Shown piece by piece: positions 43,642-53,172 of a stretch of DNA of 64,000 bases (positions are counted from its first letter, which is position 1; the number at the start of each line of letters is the position of its first letter). The notes beneath the pieces are model-generated. The model saw nothing but the letters and a program-made list of their open reading frames with translations. It was not told the DNA's origin and searched no databases. This DNA comes from a bacterium (GTDB lineage: Bacteria; Patescibacteriota; Minisyncoccia; Phycocordibacterales; Phycocordibacteraceae). Location: the NCBI GenBank assembly GCA_021784815.1, contig JAJYHK010000019.1, positions 48,726 to 112,725 of the forward strand. The letters are read 5' to 3'. Made by a program: the position numbers and the translations under genes.

Positions 43642-44414
43642 GAAGCGGCTAATAATGACACTATAGCGCGCGCGGTGTCCGCCGGACTTCGGACGGCAAG
43701 TGCCTGCGCATTGGTATCGAGCACCGGTTCGTCGTTGCCTTCTTCGTAGAGCTCGTCGCCGATGTAGAGCGCGTCCTGCTCGGGTATGGCAAGGCGCGCG
43801 CAGAGCTGGCGCAGGCCGTATGCTTTGTCGATCCCTGCTTTTGTCACGGCGATGGTCGCGGTGCCGCCGATATACGCGTGGAAGCCGTTCGGCAAACGGT
43901 CGGCGACGGCGCGCAGGAGCGCCCGGCGTCTGGTCTTTTCCGGGTCCCAGGCGTACTTCTCACTAAAGGGCGCATCGGCGCCGAGCGCGAGAAGCGCGAC
44001 CTCTGCGCCGCGACGCACCACGCGCTTGCCCCATGCCTCTGTCGCAAGATCGATAAATCCCGTGGACTCGGCGCCCTCGCGCAGGGCGCGTTCGATCGTA
44101 CGAGCTTCGGTGTCGGGAATCGTCTCTTCGTACACTTTGTCCCAGCCGCCATCCCGATAGCGATAAAGCGCGCCACCCGATGCGGGGAGGAGATAAAGGT
44201 TGGCGAATCCCGCGCTCGCAGGTAGGCGAGCGACCATCTTTAAGAGATTAGGCAGTCCGTCGACCGAGGTGATGCCGACCGCCATACGCTCGAGCAGCTG
44301 AGCGAGCTTCACTGCCATGAGCTGCTCGAGCGGCTGCTTGTTTGCCGCGAGCGTACCGTCGAAGTCAAAGACGACAAGCTTCGGCTGCGCGGTGTTTAGA
44401 GAGGGAATCAGCAT
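43638..44414 (-). CDS. HAD-IIB hydrolase / phosphomannomutase-like
   Basis: VFDFDGTLA, GIDKAYGL, YIGDELYEEGNDEP. Confidence 0.88.
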   Translation of the reverse strand: MLIPSLNTAQPKLVVFDFDGTLAANKQPLEQLMAVKLAQLLERMAVGITSVDGLPNLLKMVARLPASAGFANLYLLPASGGALYRYRDGGWDKVYEETIPDTEARTIERALREGAESTGFIDLATEAWGKRVVRRGAEVALLALGADAPFSEKYAWDPEKTRRRALLRAVADRLPNGFHAYIGGTATIAVTKAGIDKAYGLRQLCARLAIPEQDALYIGDELYEEGNDEPVLDTNAQALAVRSPADTARAIVSLLAAS

Positions 44415-44432
44415 ACATAACTCTATGGCTCG

Positions 44433-46400
44433 TTACGCGCCCTGGAGATCACCGTCGGGCACTCCGCGTAGCGCCGCATGTTTTTCGAGGTAGTCGAGCA
44501 CGGCATTTACGTATGCCGCATGGCTCCAGGTCAGGGGAGCAACCGAGCACTGCATGAGGTCTTCGGCGTAGAGCTGCTCGGAAAGGGTGCCGGAGTACTG
44601 GGCGTGCTGTACGACCCACTCGAACAGGTTGCGGACCGGCGCGAGCTCGTCGAGCGTTTTGGCGCGTGCAGTGAGATACTGCGCGTACCAGAGCGTCGTC
44701 ACGTACCAGGGATTGCTCGCAAGACCGCGGCGGTAGTAGGGATCGCCGTCGTAGCGGGCGATGCCGCCGCCGCGAGAGAGACGCGAGACGGTTTCTTCAA
44801 ACGCTTTGGACAGCTGCGGGTCATCCGGTTCAAGTACACCGAACGCAAAGAGTCCGTACACGGACGAGATGTCGACGGTGCGGTCGTAAACGGTCTTCTG
44901 CTCGAAGGTCTCTATGAGCTTGACCCAGCCGACCGGATCTTCGGTCACGAGGTGCTTTTGGATAGCAGCCTTGATTTCGTGCGCGGCGCGGTCGTATCGA
45001 AGCGCGTCGTGTTCTTTGCCGAGCACGCGCGCAATCTCTGCCGCGGCGCGGAGCGCGCCATGCACGGCAGCGGAGGTGAAGGTGCTGATGCCGTGTTTTT
45101 CCTCCCAGAGATCGTAAGAGGCATGCGGGAGTCCGGTCTCGTCGCGGTATCGGCAGAGGAAGTCGGCCATACTTGCGACGAGCGGATTGTAGAACTGCTC
45201 GATGAATTCGAGATCGCGATTGCGACGGTAGTGCTGCGCGATACTCCAAAGCACGAGCGCGGTCTCGTCTTCCTGGATCGGTAGCTGCACCTCGCCGTCG
45301 CGGATCCAGGGGTGCCAGGAAGATCCGAGCGATTGATCCGGGAGGTGCTTGTGGAGCAGGTAGCCGCCCTCGGTGAGTACGTCCTTGCAGAACGTGAAAT
45401 AGCGTTCAGCGACCGCGATATCGCCGACGCGCGCGAGCGCAAGCGCGCCATAGCTCGCATCGCGCGGCCATACATAGGCATAGGTGTCCTTTCCATACTC
45501 AAGCGTCTCGCCGTCGGCTGAGGCGAGAATACCGCCTCCGTTATCAGCGTGGGCGCGCACGAACATGAGCGACTTCTTGAAGAGCGCGATTGCGTCAGGA
45601 GAGAGGTCCTGGAAATGCCACTCGTAGCGGTTGGTCCAGGCGCGCCAGTAGTCGCGGGTGCTCTCGACGAGGTGTTGTGGCGTCTTGTGGTGCACGTACG
45701 CGTTCAGCTCAAGCGCGTCCTTGATAGACGTGGCAGCGGTGAGCCAGTAGTGCAGGGTCTTCGGTTTTTCGGATGCGAGGCTGAGCGTGAAGCCGATGAT
45801 GGAGTCGACCGAGCCGTGCTCAATCGCGTTTTTCGATAGGGTGCCGTCTTCGGCGTCGCGAAAAGTGCCGTCCTTGCCGTCAACGCCGAAGAGTCCGACG
45901 GCGTAGTCGGAAAAAGGAGCGCCGTCAGCGCTGCCGTTTGCAAGCAGCACCCGCTGGCCCTTGTAGTGGAGGATTGCGTGCGACTGCGGATCAAAGTAGG
46001 CGGTGTCGCTCCCGTATGACCGGCTCAGTTCGAACTCCTGGCCAAAGAAGAGCTTCACCGTGCGCGCTCGGTCGGCGTGGTTGACGAGTGTAACGGCGCG
46101 AACAAAGATGGGGCGCTCATTATAGACGACGTCAGTAAACGAGATCGAGAGCGCGAGCGTGTCGTTGCGTGCTTCGATGGTGCTCTGGAGCGCGTCCTCG
46201 ACGCACTCGACCCGGATCTGCCAATGGGGATCTTCGGAAAGCCACGAGATCGCATTGTCGACGTAGACTCCGATCCGATGGCGGAGCGCCCCGCCAGCAT
46301 GATTCTCGAGCCCCACATGCGGAAAGTACACGTCACGTACCTCGCCGCGGCAGTCAAGGGTGACGAGGAGGGAGCCGTTGCTGAGGACAAGCGACCTCAT
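44433..46400 (-). CDS. GH15 glucoamylase-like glycoside hydrolase
   Basis: YAYVWPRD, GSSWHPW, IQEDET, SYDLWEE, LSEQ, PLTWSHA. Confidence 0.93.
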   Translation of the reverse strand: MRSLVLSNGSLLVTLDCRGEVRDVYFPHVGLENHAGGALRHRIGVYVDNAISWLSEDPHWQIRVECVEDALQSTIEARNDTLALSISFTDVVYNERPIFVRAVTLVNHADRARTVKLFFGQEFELSRSYGSDTAYFDPQSHAILHYKGQRVLLANGSADGAPFSDYAVGLFGVDGKDGTFRDAEDGTLSKNAIEHGSVDSIIGFTLSLASEKPKTLHYWLTAATSIKDALELNAYVHHKTPQHLVESTRDYWRAWTNRYEWHFQDLSPDAIALFKKSLMFVRAHADNGGGILASADGETLEYGKDTYAYVWPRDASYGALALARVGDIAVAERYFTFCKDVLTEGGYLLHKHLPDQSLGSSWHPWIRDGEVQLPIQEDETALVLWSIAQHYRRNRDLEFIEQFYNPLVASMADFLCRYRDETGLPHASYDLWEEKHGISTFTSAAVHGALRAAAEIARVLGKEHDALRYDRAAHEIKAAIQKHLVTEDPVGWVKLIETFEQKTVYDRTVDISSVYGLFAFGVLEPDDPQLSKAFEETVSRLSRGGGIARYDGDPYYRRGLASNPWYVTTLWYAQYLTARAKTLDELAPVRNLFEWVVQHAQYSGTLSEQLYAEDLMQCSVAPLTWSHAAYVNAVLDYLEKHAALRGVPDGDLQGA

Positions 46401-47626
46401 ACGAGCGCCGGTTCGCCCGCACGCACCCGCGCGCGTTCATGTTGGCGGAGGCGCCACTCGAGGTCTTTGAGCGCATGCATGAACGTGTTGTGCGCTTCGT
46501 AGGGCGTACCGTAGGGCGAGAAGTAGGCATGTACATCGCCGTCGGCAGCCCATTTTGTGCACATGTAGTAGAAGTGGTCTGAGGTCTGCAGCCGCCGCCA
46601 GTCTTCGAGGAGCTGCTCGTCGTTGGTTGCCTGGACGCGGTCCTCGAGGCCGTAGAGCGTACCGATAGCCGCGTGCTGGAGCTCGTTGCCCAGCCAGGCG
46701 GTGAGGTCCCGGTCGGTGTCGGCCCAGGTGGTGACGCCCGGCACGTCGACCGTGTCGCGGTCTTGGTGCATAGCGATGACGAGCGACGGCGTCATAAAGG
46801 CGAGGCTCGGATTCTGGAGGAGTTCACCCGGGAGCGCTTCGAGGAAATGGAAGATGCCGGTGTCTTCCCACTGATGTTCGCCGAAGGTCTCATAGTCCAT
46901 AAAGAGGTTCACAGTGTCGCCGCCCTCGGCGCCCATCCACTGGCCGTATTTGCCCGTGGTGAGCGGCCAGCCCTCCCACTCACGCGACGAAAAACGGAAG
47001 GCGATATCGTCAGAAAGCCGGTAATTCTTAAGGAGAAGCTTTGTGCGGCGAGAGCCGGGCGGGCGGTACACATAATTGGGACTGCGTCCGTGGAGAATCG
47101 GATCCCAGCCTTCGGCGAGGATGCCGAGGTAGCCGCGCTCGTCAGCCCAGGAGCCGAGCGCGTTCGTGTAGGAAAGCTCGGTATTGCGAAAGACGCGCGG
47201 CGTCACGCCGAAAAGGCGCTCGACGAGTTCGGTATGCTTGCGCACTTGCCGCTCGAATTCCTGGCGCGAGAAGAAGAATGCGAGCGAGTGGTAGTACGTT
47301 TCGCCCAAAATCTCGAGGCGGCCGGTCCGAACCATGTCTTGGAAAAGCGTGATCGCCTCAGGCGCATCTTGCTCGAGCTGCTCAAGCGCGATGCCGGAGA
47401 AAGAGACAGCAAACCGGAAGGCTTGATGCCGTTTGAGCAGTTTCGCAAGGAGCCGCGCGGTAGGGAGGTACGACTTCTCGGCGACCTTGCGCAGCACGCG
47501 GCGGTTATTGAGATCGTTTTCTTCGTTGCCGTCGAAATACGCATGATCGCGGCCAATGTCAAACAAGCCGTAGCGTTTTACACGATACGGCTGGTGAATT
47601 TGCAGGTAGAGGCAAACGCTTTTCAT
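46397..47626 (-). CDS. GH57 alpha-amylase
   Basis: QIHQPYR, ETYYHSL, FRNTELSY, FMDYETFGEHQW, LQTSDHFYYM. Confidence 0.95.
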   Translation of the reverse strand: MKSVCLYLQIHQPYRVKRYGLFDIGRDHAYFDGNEENDLNNRRVLRKVAEKSYLPTARLLAKLLKRHQAFRFAVSFSGIALEQLEQDAPEAITLFQDMVRTGRLEILGETYYHSLAFFFSRQEFERQVRKHTELVERLFGVTPRVFRNTELSYTNALGSWADERGYLGILAEGWDPILHGRSPNYVYRPPGSRRTKLLLKNYRLSDDIAFRFSSREWEGWPLTTGKYGQWMGAEGGDTVNLFMDYETFGEHQWEDTGIFHFLEALPGELLQNPSLAFMTPSLVIAMHQDRDTVDVPGVTTWADTDRDLTAWLGNELQHAAIGTLYGLEDRVQATNDEQLLEDWRRLQTSDHFYYMCTKWAADGDVHAYFSPYGTPYEAHNTFMHALKDLEWRLRQHERARVRAGEPALV

Positions 47627-47638
47627 AGCCTGGGTTTC

Positions 47639-48988
47639 TTACGCCGGGACAAGTTCGTCCATGATGCCGCGGATCTTTTCTCCCGCGCGATCCCAGGTGA
47701 GCAGGGAGAGCACAGCAGCGTGTTTTGCGATCTGGGCGGCACGCAGCTGCGGCGAGACTAGCAGCTCATGAATACGGGCGGCCATAGCCTGATCGTCCCA
47801 GAAATCAACGATAGTCGCGTGGGGAACCGCCTCCGCAACACCGGATTGTCTAGAGATGATGACAGGGGTCCCAGCGCGCATGGCCTCAAGCGGCGCGATG
47901 CCGAAGGGTTCAGAAATGCTCGGCATCACGAAGACGTCCGCTGTCGCGTATGCTTCGTGGAGGTCATGGTCGCGCAGGAATCCAGGAAAGAGCACGCGAT
48001 CGCCAATGCCGAGCCCGGCGGCCATGCGCATGAGCTGGTGCGTCATATCACCCGAACCAACGATGACGAAAAGCACATCCGGATCACGCTTTGCTACACG
48101 CACGGCAGCGCGCAGGAAGTGGTCGGGCCCTTTCTGGATAGTGAGACGGCCGGCAAAAAGCACGATCTTGTATCCGGCTTGCTTGAGCGCCGCGAGACGC
48201 GCCGCGGCGTGCGGATTCCGCCGCGGCGCGGTTTCGTCGTCGATGCCGTTCCAGACAACGCGCACCCTACTCGGGTTCACGCCATAGCGGTCGATCACCA
48301 TGCCCTTGGTGCGATGGGAGACGGCAACGACGCAGTCGGCATTATGCATGCCGGCGCGCTCGATATCGTAGACCACCTGGTTCACGCTGCCGTTCCCCGT
48401 GCGGTCGAATTCGGTCGCGTGTACGTGCGCCACGAGCGGCTTGTACGATGCGCTTTTGGCGGCGCTGCCGGCCCCGAAAGAGAGCCAGTCATGCGCGTAG
48501 ATGATATCGTGCGGCTCGCGCTCGGCGATTTTTGCGCCCGCTGCAGCATAGCGACGCACTTCGCTCACAAGGTCGCCGCCATAGATGGGTTTGCCGTCGG
48601 GGCCGAGTATATAGCTGCCCTCAATAGCGTACGGCACGATGGGCGAATCGATGTAGCGTACTTGCGCGCCGATATCTTCGTACTCGGCGGTAATCATTTT
48701 CGCGTAGGGGACGGATAGCGGAAAGCGTTTGGGGAGGACGAACGTAACGTCGACGTCACTTTTGGCGAGCGCGCGGGTAAGGCCGAGGGACGCGACGCCG
48801 AGGCCGCCGCTGTTAAAGGGCGGGAACTCCCAGCCGAAAATGAGCGCACGCAGCTTGCGGCGCGCACGCGCGAACGGACGCTGATCGAGGGATGCTGGTT
48901 GCTTTGCAAAAACAGCGCCGAGTGTCGCACCGACCACAAAGAAGGAGAAGAGCAACGCAATGAGATATATGAAAAAAGCGAAGCTCAT
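47639..48988 (-). CDS. GT4 glycosyltransferase (glycogen-synthase-like) with N-terminal TM
   Basis: GWEFPPFNSGGLG, AHDWL, HVHATEFDR, GRLTIQKGP, PSISEPFGIAPLEA. Confidence 0.92.
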   Translation of the reverse strand: MSFAFFIYLIALLFSFFVVGATLGAVFAKQPASLDQRPFARARRKLRALIFGWEFPPFNSGGLGVASLGLTRALAKSDVDVTFVLPKRFPLSVPYAKMITAEYEDIGAQVRYIDSPIVPYAIEGSYILGPDGKPIYGGDLVSEVRRYAAAGAKIAEREPHDIIYAHDWLSFGAGSAAKSASYKPLVAHVHATEFDRTGNGSVNQVVYDIERAGMHNADCVVAVSHRTKGMVIDRYGVNPSRVRVVWNGIDDETAPRRNPHAAARLAALKQAGYKIVLFAGRLTIQKGPDHFLRAAVRVAKRDPDVLFVIVGSGDMTHQLMRMAAGLGIGDRVLFPGFLRDHDLHEAYATADVFVMPSISEPFGIAPLEAMRAGTPVIISRQSGVAEAVPHATIVDFWDDQAMAARIHELLVSPQLRAAQIAKHAAVLSLLTWDRAGEKIRGIMDELVPA

Positions 48989-49215
48989 GGAAGTACCTAT
49001 AAAATAGGAAACAAGCCTATGTGGCTACCATAGCACCAAACGACATGCAATAAGCGCCGTTATGCACAGGTTTTGCCTCGTTATCTCCGCGCACCGGCGT
49101 CCGAGGCGTCCGCTCGGTATGCCCGTTTTCTACGCGGGCCGGCTTGCTCAAATTGCAGAGGAATTTGGAAGCAGTTGCTGGCAGGAAGCGCTGGTATTGG
49201 GTATACTCGCGCCAT

Positions 49216-49593
49216 ATGCTGGTAAATGTATGTATCGCGAAGCTTCATCGCGCGACGGTTACAGGAGCGGACCTTAACTACGTGGGTTCGATCACGATCG
49301 ACGAGGTACTTCTCGAGCAAGCGGGGCTCGTGCCGGGGCAGCTCGTGCAGATCACGAATGTGAGCAACGCCGTGCTCTGGCGAACCTACATCCTCGCGGG
49401 TGAGAAGGGGAAAGGGGACATCATCCTCAATGGCCCGCCCGCCCGCCTCTTTCAGAAGGGCGACAAAGTGGTCATCCTCGGCGAGGCGTGGGTGACTCCC
49501 GAGGAGGCAAAGAACATGGGCGGCCCGACGGTGGTCTTCGTAGACGACAAGAACCAAATCACCGAGGTGAAGAAGCGCTGGCGGCCCGAGTAG
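49216..49593 (+). CDS. panD: Aspartate 1-decarboxylase-family pyruvoyl enzyme (variant)
   Basis: KLHRATVTGADLNYVGSITID with the G-S cleavage site; TY motif; LNGPPAR..KGDKVVI. Confidence 0.88.
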   Translation: MLVNVCIAKLHRATVTGADLNYVGSITIDEVLLEQAGLVPGQLVQITNVSNAVLWRTYILAGEKGKGDIILNGPPARLFQKGDKVVILGEAWVTPEEAKNMGGPTVVFVDDKNQITEVKKRWRPE

Positions 49594-49779
49594 CTGAAGT
49601 TATCTTGAGATCCCCTCGGCAGACTCTGTCGTGGGGCGGCACTCTAAGCGGTCAAATCAAGTCTTGTTCCGGGGCCGTTTCGAAGGGGAAAAGGATGGCC
49701 TTTCGCCTCGGCTCATTTTCGGGTATGCTCCGCTTGGAGGTCCTTTCCGGTAGAAAGGGCTTTGGGTTTACTATAACGT

Positions 49780-50817
49780 ATGGAGTACAACATGAACGCG
49801 ACGATGGAGTTCGACTTCAAACTGTTCGATCACCTGAGGCCGCTACCGCGGGTTATCGAGATCGATACGACCTTGCTGCCCGATCCCTGGCCTGAATTTT
49901 GCGAGGCGCAGCGGATACGCGTGCATGCGGTGCTCGGCTATGAAAATCCGGCCAAGCACATCAAGATCTGGCCAGCCTGCAACATTGTCGGTCGAGGAAT
50001 TCAGCGCGGTGCCCACCTCAATACGGATACCGTAACCGATTCCTCGTCCGGCAACTACGTGCTGGGTCTTAATCGGGTGTTGCACGCGGTCCGCAACCGG
50101 TACCCGGATTTCCCGATCATCCGGGTCGTCTCGGTCGTTCCGCGCAATACGCCGCAGGGCAAGCTCGACTTGTTGGAGGCTGCCGGCATCGAGATCGAGT
50201 TCGGGGAAGACTCGCTCGACGCCATGCGCCGAGCCGAAACGTTGGCCGCAGAGCATGGGTGGTGGTACACGCGGCAGTACTGGAATCCGGACAACACGGA
50301 GGCATATGGCCCGTTTGGGTCGCACGTCGCGCAATCCCTGCCGAATGTCGGCATTTTTGCGTGCGGGGTTGGCAGCGGCGGTACCTGTTCAGGGGTCATA
50401 CCGGCGCTGCGCGAAGGACTCAGGCCGCACGGGTCGAATCTCCACGCGGTTGCGGTAGTGGTTGAATCGGGGAGTGCTGTTTCGGGCGTGCGCACCGAGA
50501 AGGCGCTCAAACCGGGTACGCTTGACTGGCGCGGGGTTGTCAATGACGTCCGCTACATCCGGCTCGAGGAATCACTCGTCTGCAGTGCTGCGCTCTGGCG
50601 GTGCGATCCGGGTTCGTCGGTATTCGAGCCGTGTTACGGCGGCGAAAGCACCGGCTTCGCTCTGGTGGGCGGGCTGCTCTCCGCGTCGGCTCTGGCGAAC
50701 ATGAATCGGCTCGGCACGTTCCGGCGTCCTGACGGGAACGTGCATCTGGGCTTCATTGCTCCGGATATGCGCGATCCCTATCGGGACAACTTCGCTAAGC
50801 ACGGTATCTTTTTCTAA
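49780..50817 (+). CDS. Divergent fold-type II PLP enzyme (cysteine synthase family)
   Basis: YENPAKHIK (PLP Lys), DSSSGN, QYWNPDN, GVGSGGT, GESTG; start may be 49792 (GGAG upstream). Confidence 0.8.
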   Translation: MEYNMNATMEFDFKLFDHLRPLPRVIEIDTTLLPDPWPEFCEAQRIRVHAVLGYENPAKHIKIWPACNIVGRGIQRGAHLNTDTVTDSSSGNYVLGLNRVLHAVRNRYPDFPIIRVVSVVPRNTPQGKLDLLEAAGIEIEFGEDSLDAMRRAETLAAEHGWWYTRQYWNPDNTEAYGPFGSHVAQSLPNVGIFACGVGSGGTCSGVIPALREGLRPHGSNLHAVAVVVESGSAVSGVRTEKALKPGTLDWRGVVNDVRYIRLEESLVCSAALWRCDPGSSVFEPCYGGESTGFALVGGLLSASALANMNRLGTFRRPDGNVHLGFIAPDMRDPYRDNFAKHGIFF

Positions 50818-50845
50818 ACGAGGAGAAACCGCGATTCTCACAAGA

Positions 50846-50871
50846 ACCCCGGCCAGATATATGGCCGGGGT
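50846..50871. terminator. Terminator hairpin
   Basis: accccggcca-gatata-tggccggggt followed by atcttttt. Confidence 0.7.
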
Positions 50872-50900
50872 ATCTTTTTCTATATGCAGCGTTTCATTTA

Positions 50901-51527
50901 TCACGCGGGTTGTAGAATTTCTGCAAGCCGTGCTTCGTCAAAGCCGATGATGAAGTCGGGATCGGACTCGTTCCCGTAGGAAATCTCCGTTACTGGTACG
51001 CCCATCTGGCCGGTCTTCTCTACCATCGCACGACCAGCTTCGTGATTCTGGTCGATGAGCACCACGGTATGCTCAATGTTGTGCTCGGTGAGCCAGTCCT
51101 TCACTTTCGTGCAGTAGGGACAGGTCATAGTCGCATAGACGAGTATGCTTGAGGGCTTGAGCGCTTCCACGCCGGCCGCGGTATTAATAAGATCTTTGCT
51201 TATTTTGTCGGCTTCGGTGGCCAGGTCGGCGAGTGGGCCGTTGTGAATTAGGGATTTTATGATCGTCGGCTGCCCGGTACCGACGAGCACGTCCTCGCCC
51301 CGCTTGAGGATGATAACCGCACAGGGGAGAAAGCCGGCGAGTCGGTGGTCCGTCTCAAGCAGTCTTTTCGCCCACTCAGCCTTGCATGCGAGGAGCATAT
51401 GCATCTCACCCGGGACGAGCTCTTTTTCCGCGAGGATCGAGAATCCGGCATCTTTGGTTGCTGTGCGCGCGCGGTCGACCGTATCCGTAAACGAACGGAC
51501 GCTTTTCCGAAAATAAGATAGTTCCAT
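50901..51527 (-). CDS. DUF302-glutaredoxin fusion protein
   Basis: N-terminal GFSIL...LLACKAEWA...FLPCAVII (DUF302-like); C-terminal CPYC...GQMGVPV..IIGFD. Confidence 0.85.
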   Translation of the reverse strand: MELSYFRKSVRSFTDTVDRARTATKDAGFSILAEKELVPGEMHMLLACKAEWAKRLLETDHRLAGFLPCAVIILKRGEDVLVGTGQPTIIKSLIHNGPLADLATEADKISKDLINTAAGVEALKPSSILVYATMTCPYCTKVKDWLTEHNIEHTVVLIDQNHEAGRAMVEKTGQMGVPVTEISYGNESDPDFIIGFDEARLAEILQPA

Positions 51528-51536
51528 AAGCGAAGG

Positions 51537-51797
51537 TTACGTAGCGAGGTTTGCAATGGTGCGGCAGATCGAGATGAGGCGCCGGTCCGCAACGCGGTAG
51601 AGGCGCTCGCGTCCACGGACCGTACTTGCCACGGCGCCCGCGGCGCGCAGCTTCATGAGGTGCTGGGAGATCGCGGATTGGGACAGGGTACAGACGGCGC
51701 AGAGGTCGCTTACCGTTTTCGCATGCGTGCCCAGGCACACGATGATTTTCCGTCTGATCGGGTTCGACAGAGCCGCATCGATGGTTTGCGCGTCCAT
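51537..51797 (-). CDS. ArsR/SmtB-family repressor
   Basis: ALSNPIRRKII, LSQSAISQHLMKLR, RGRERLY. Confidence 0.92.
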   Translation of the reverse strand: MDAQTIDAALSNPIRRKIIVCLGTHAKTVSDLCAVCTLSQSAISQHLMKLRAAGAVASTVRGRERLYRVADRRLISICRTIANLAT

Positions 51798-52426
51798 GCA
51801 TACACATTAGCAGACACTAATGTATTTGCAAGCATACAAAAAGGAGACGCCCACGAGGGGCGCCGAATGAAATTCTGGGATATCTGATCTTTCGTGAGGT
51901 AGTGGCGAACGACCAACAGAAGCTCGGTTTCTGTTTTGGGCATCGTCGTAAGGTCGTGGTCTCTCAAAACCATGACCTTGTGCATGGTGATGCCCTGGCA
52001 TCGGCCAAACGCATCAGCCGGATTCATCTTCTGTCCGCCGGGCAGGCGGATCGTAGCGTGCGAGGGCATGAGGAAATCAATTTCTCCTTTTGCGCCCATC
52101 GCCTTGTAGTCGAGCACGATGGCGAACTGGCGTGGTAAGTACGCATGTTTGACGTACTCGATGCCGCATCGTTTCGGCTGCTGCTTCACGGTCGCATAGT
52201 CGAAGGCAACGACGCTCCATAGCGGGTACTCATTCTTCAACTGGCGTTGAATAGCGACTGAAATACCAGGGATTGGCGGCGCGCCTGAAGCGGTCGGTCC
52301 ATTTGTGTGGCCCGTCTGGCGTACCGTGGCGTTATAAGCCGTAGCACTCACTTCAGCTCCGAAAGCCGTTGCGGAAAAGAACAAAGAAAGAAAGACGACT
52401 CCTACGAGGTGCGGCTTAGCCCGCAT
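51710..52426 (-). CDS. Secreted 3D-domain-like protein
   Basis: AAGGAG RBS, signal peptide, ATAYN..Q..TASG..VA, VLD...IDF. The 3' end overlaps arsR, so the true end is uncertain. Confidence 0.6.
   Translation of the reverse strand: MRAKPHLVGVVFLSLFFSATAFGAEVSATAYNATVRQTGHTNGPTASGAPPIPGISVAIQRQLKNEYPLWSVVAFDYATVKQQPKRCGIEYVKHAYLPRQFAIVLDYKAMGAKGEIDFLMPSHATIRLPGGQKMNPADAFGRCQGITMHKVMVLRDHDLTTMPKTETELLLVVRHYLTKDQISQNFIRRPSWASPFCMLANTLVSANVYAWTRKPSMRLCRTRSDGKSSCAWARMRKR
51804..51823. promoter_or_regulatory. Probable ArsR operator palindrome
   Basis: acattag-cagaca-ctaatgt, 6 nt upstream of the arsR-like ATG. Confidence 0.6.
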
Positions 52427-52684
52427 CAGTGGACTCCTTTTTCGATCGAGCGGCATGCCGGAATGGCGTACCGTGTGTCTTATTACGCCGACCTCAAGAG
52501 AGATCAGCATAAGTACATACGGTGCGTAGAGAAAAAAATTTCAGAACGCCGTTAAACGACCGCGTAGTACGAAATAGCGTAAAAACGAAGACAGACAGAT
52601 CCGTCTTCCAATTTGGGTTTATGCAACATAACGCCGGACTGTTTTGTTGAACAGTCCGGCGTACCCAGAGCTCAGGAGGCTGGA

Positions 52685-53044
52685 TTATGAGCGGTTCAGG
52701 AGGGATGCGAACCAGGAGATAGTCCCGCATGCTCGTCCGGAAACACCCGTCGTGTCCAGAAGCGCGAGTCCCAGGGCGGGTAAGCGTACGGTCGATGTCT
52801 CTCTTGCGCATCGCTCGAGAGCCCGTCCGACCGCATCGACGATCTGGTTTTGCTCCTGGAGGCTTAGTTCGGTGCCCCGCAGCACGCTGGCGAGATGGAG
52901 CGCGAGCCGCTCTTTGTTGCTCTCAGAAAGGCAATCGAGAGCCTTCTTTGGGAGGTCGATATCGGTAAGCGCCTCTTCGCTCGACCGCGGTGTGCTTGGA
53001 CGCGCCTTCGTACGAGGGCCGCTATTCCGCGGGTGTTTCGGCAT
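52685..53044 (-). CDS. Hypothetical protein
   Basis: 119 aa from an ATG preceded by AAGGAG. Confidence 0.5.
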   Translation of the reverse strand: MPKHPRNSGPRTKARPSTPRSSEEALTDIDLPKKALDCLSESNKERLALHLASVLRGTELSLQEQNQIVDAVGRALERCARETSTVRLPALGLALLDTTGVSGRACGTISWFASLLNRS

Positions 53045-53172
53045 GGCGTTCTCCTTCTTGCCCTGTTCCGGATTAATAATACGCTTGAAAGGCGTGATTG
53101 ATGAGTGAATGGCGCAGCTCCACGGGCGCGCTTCGGCTTTCCCTACAAGCCTTGCGGACCTCTTCTCGTACG

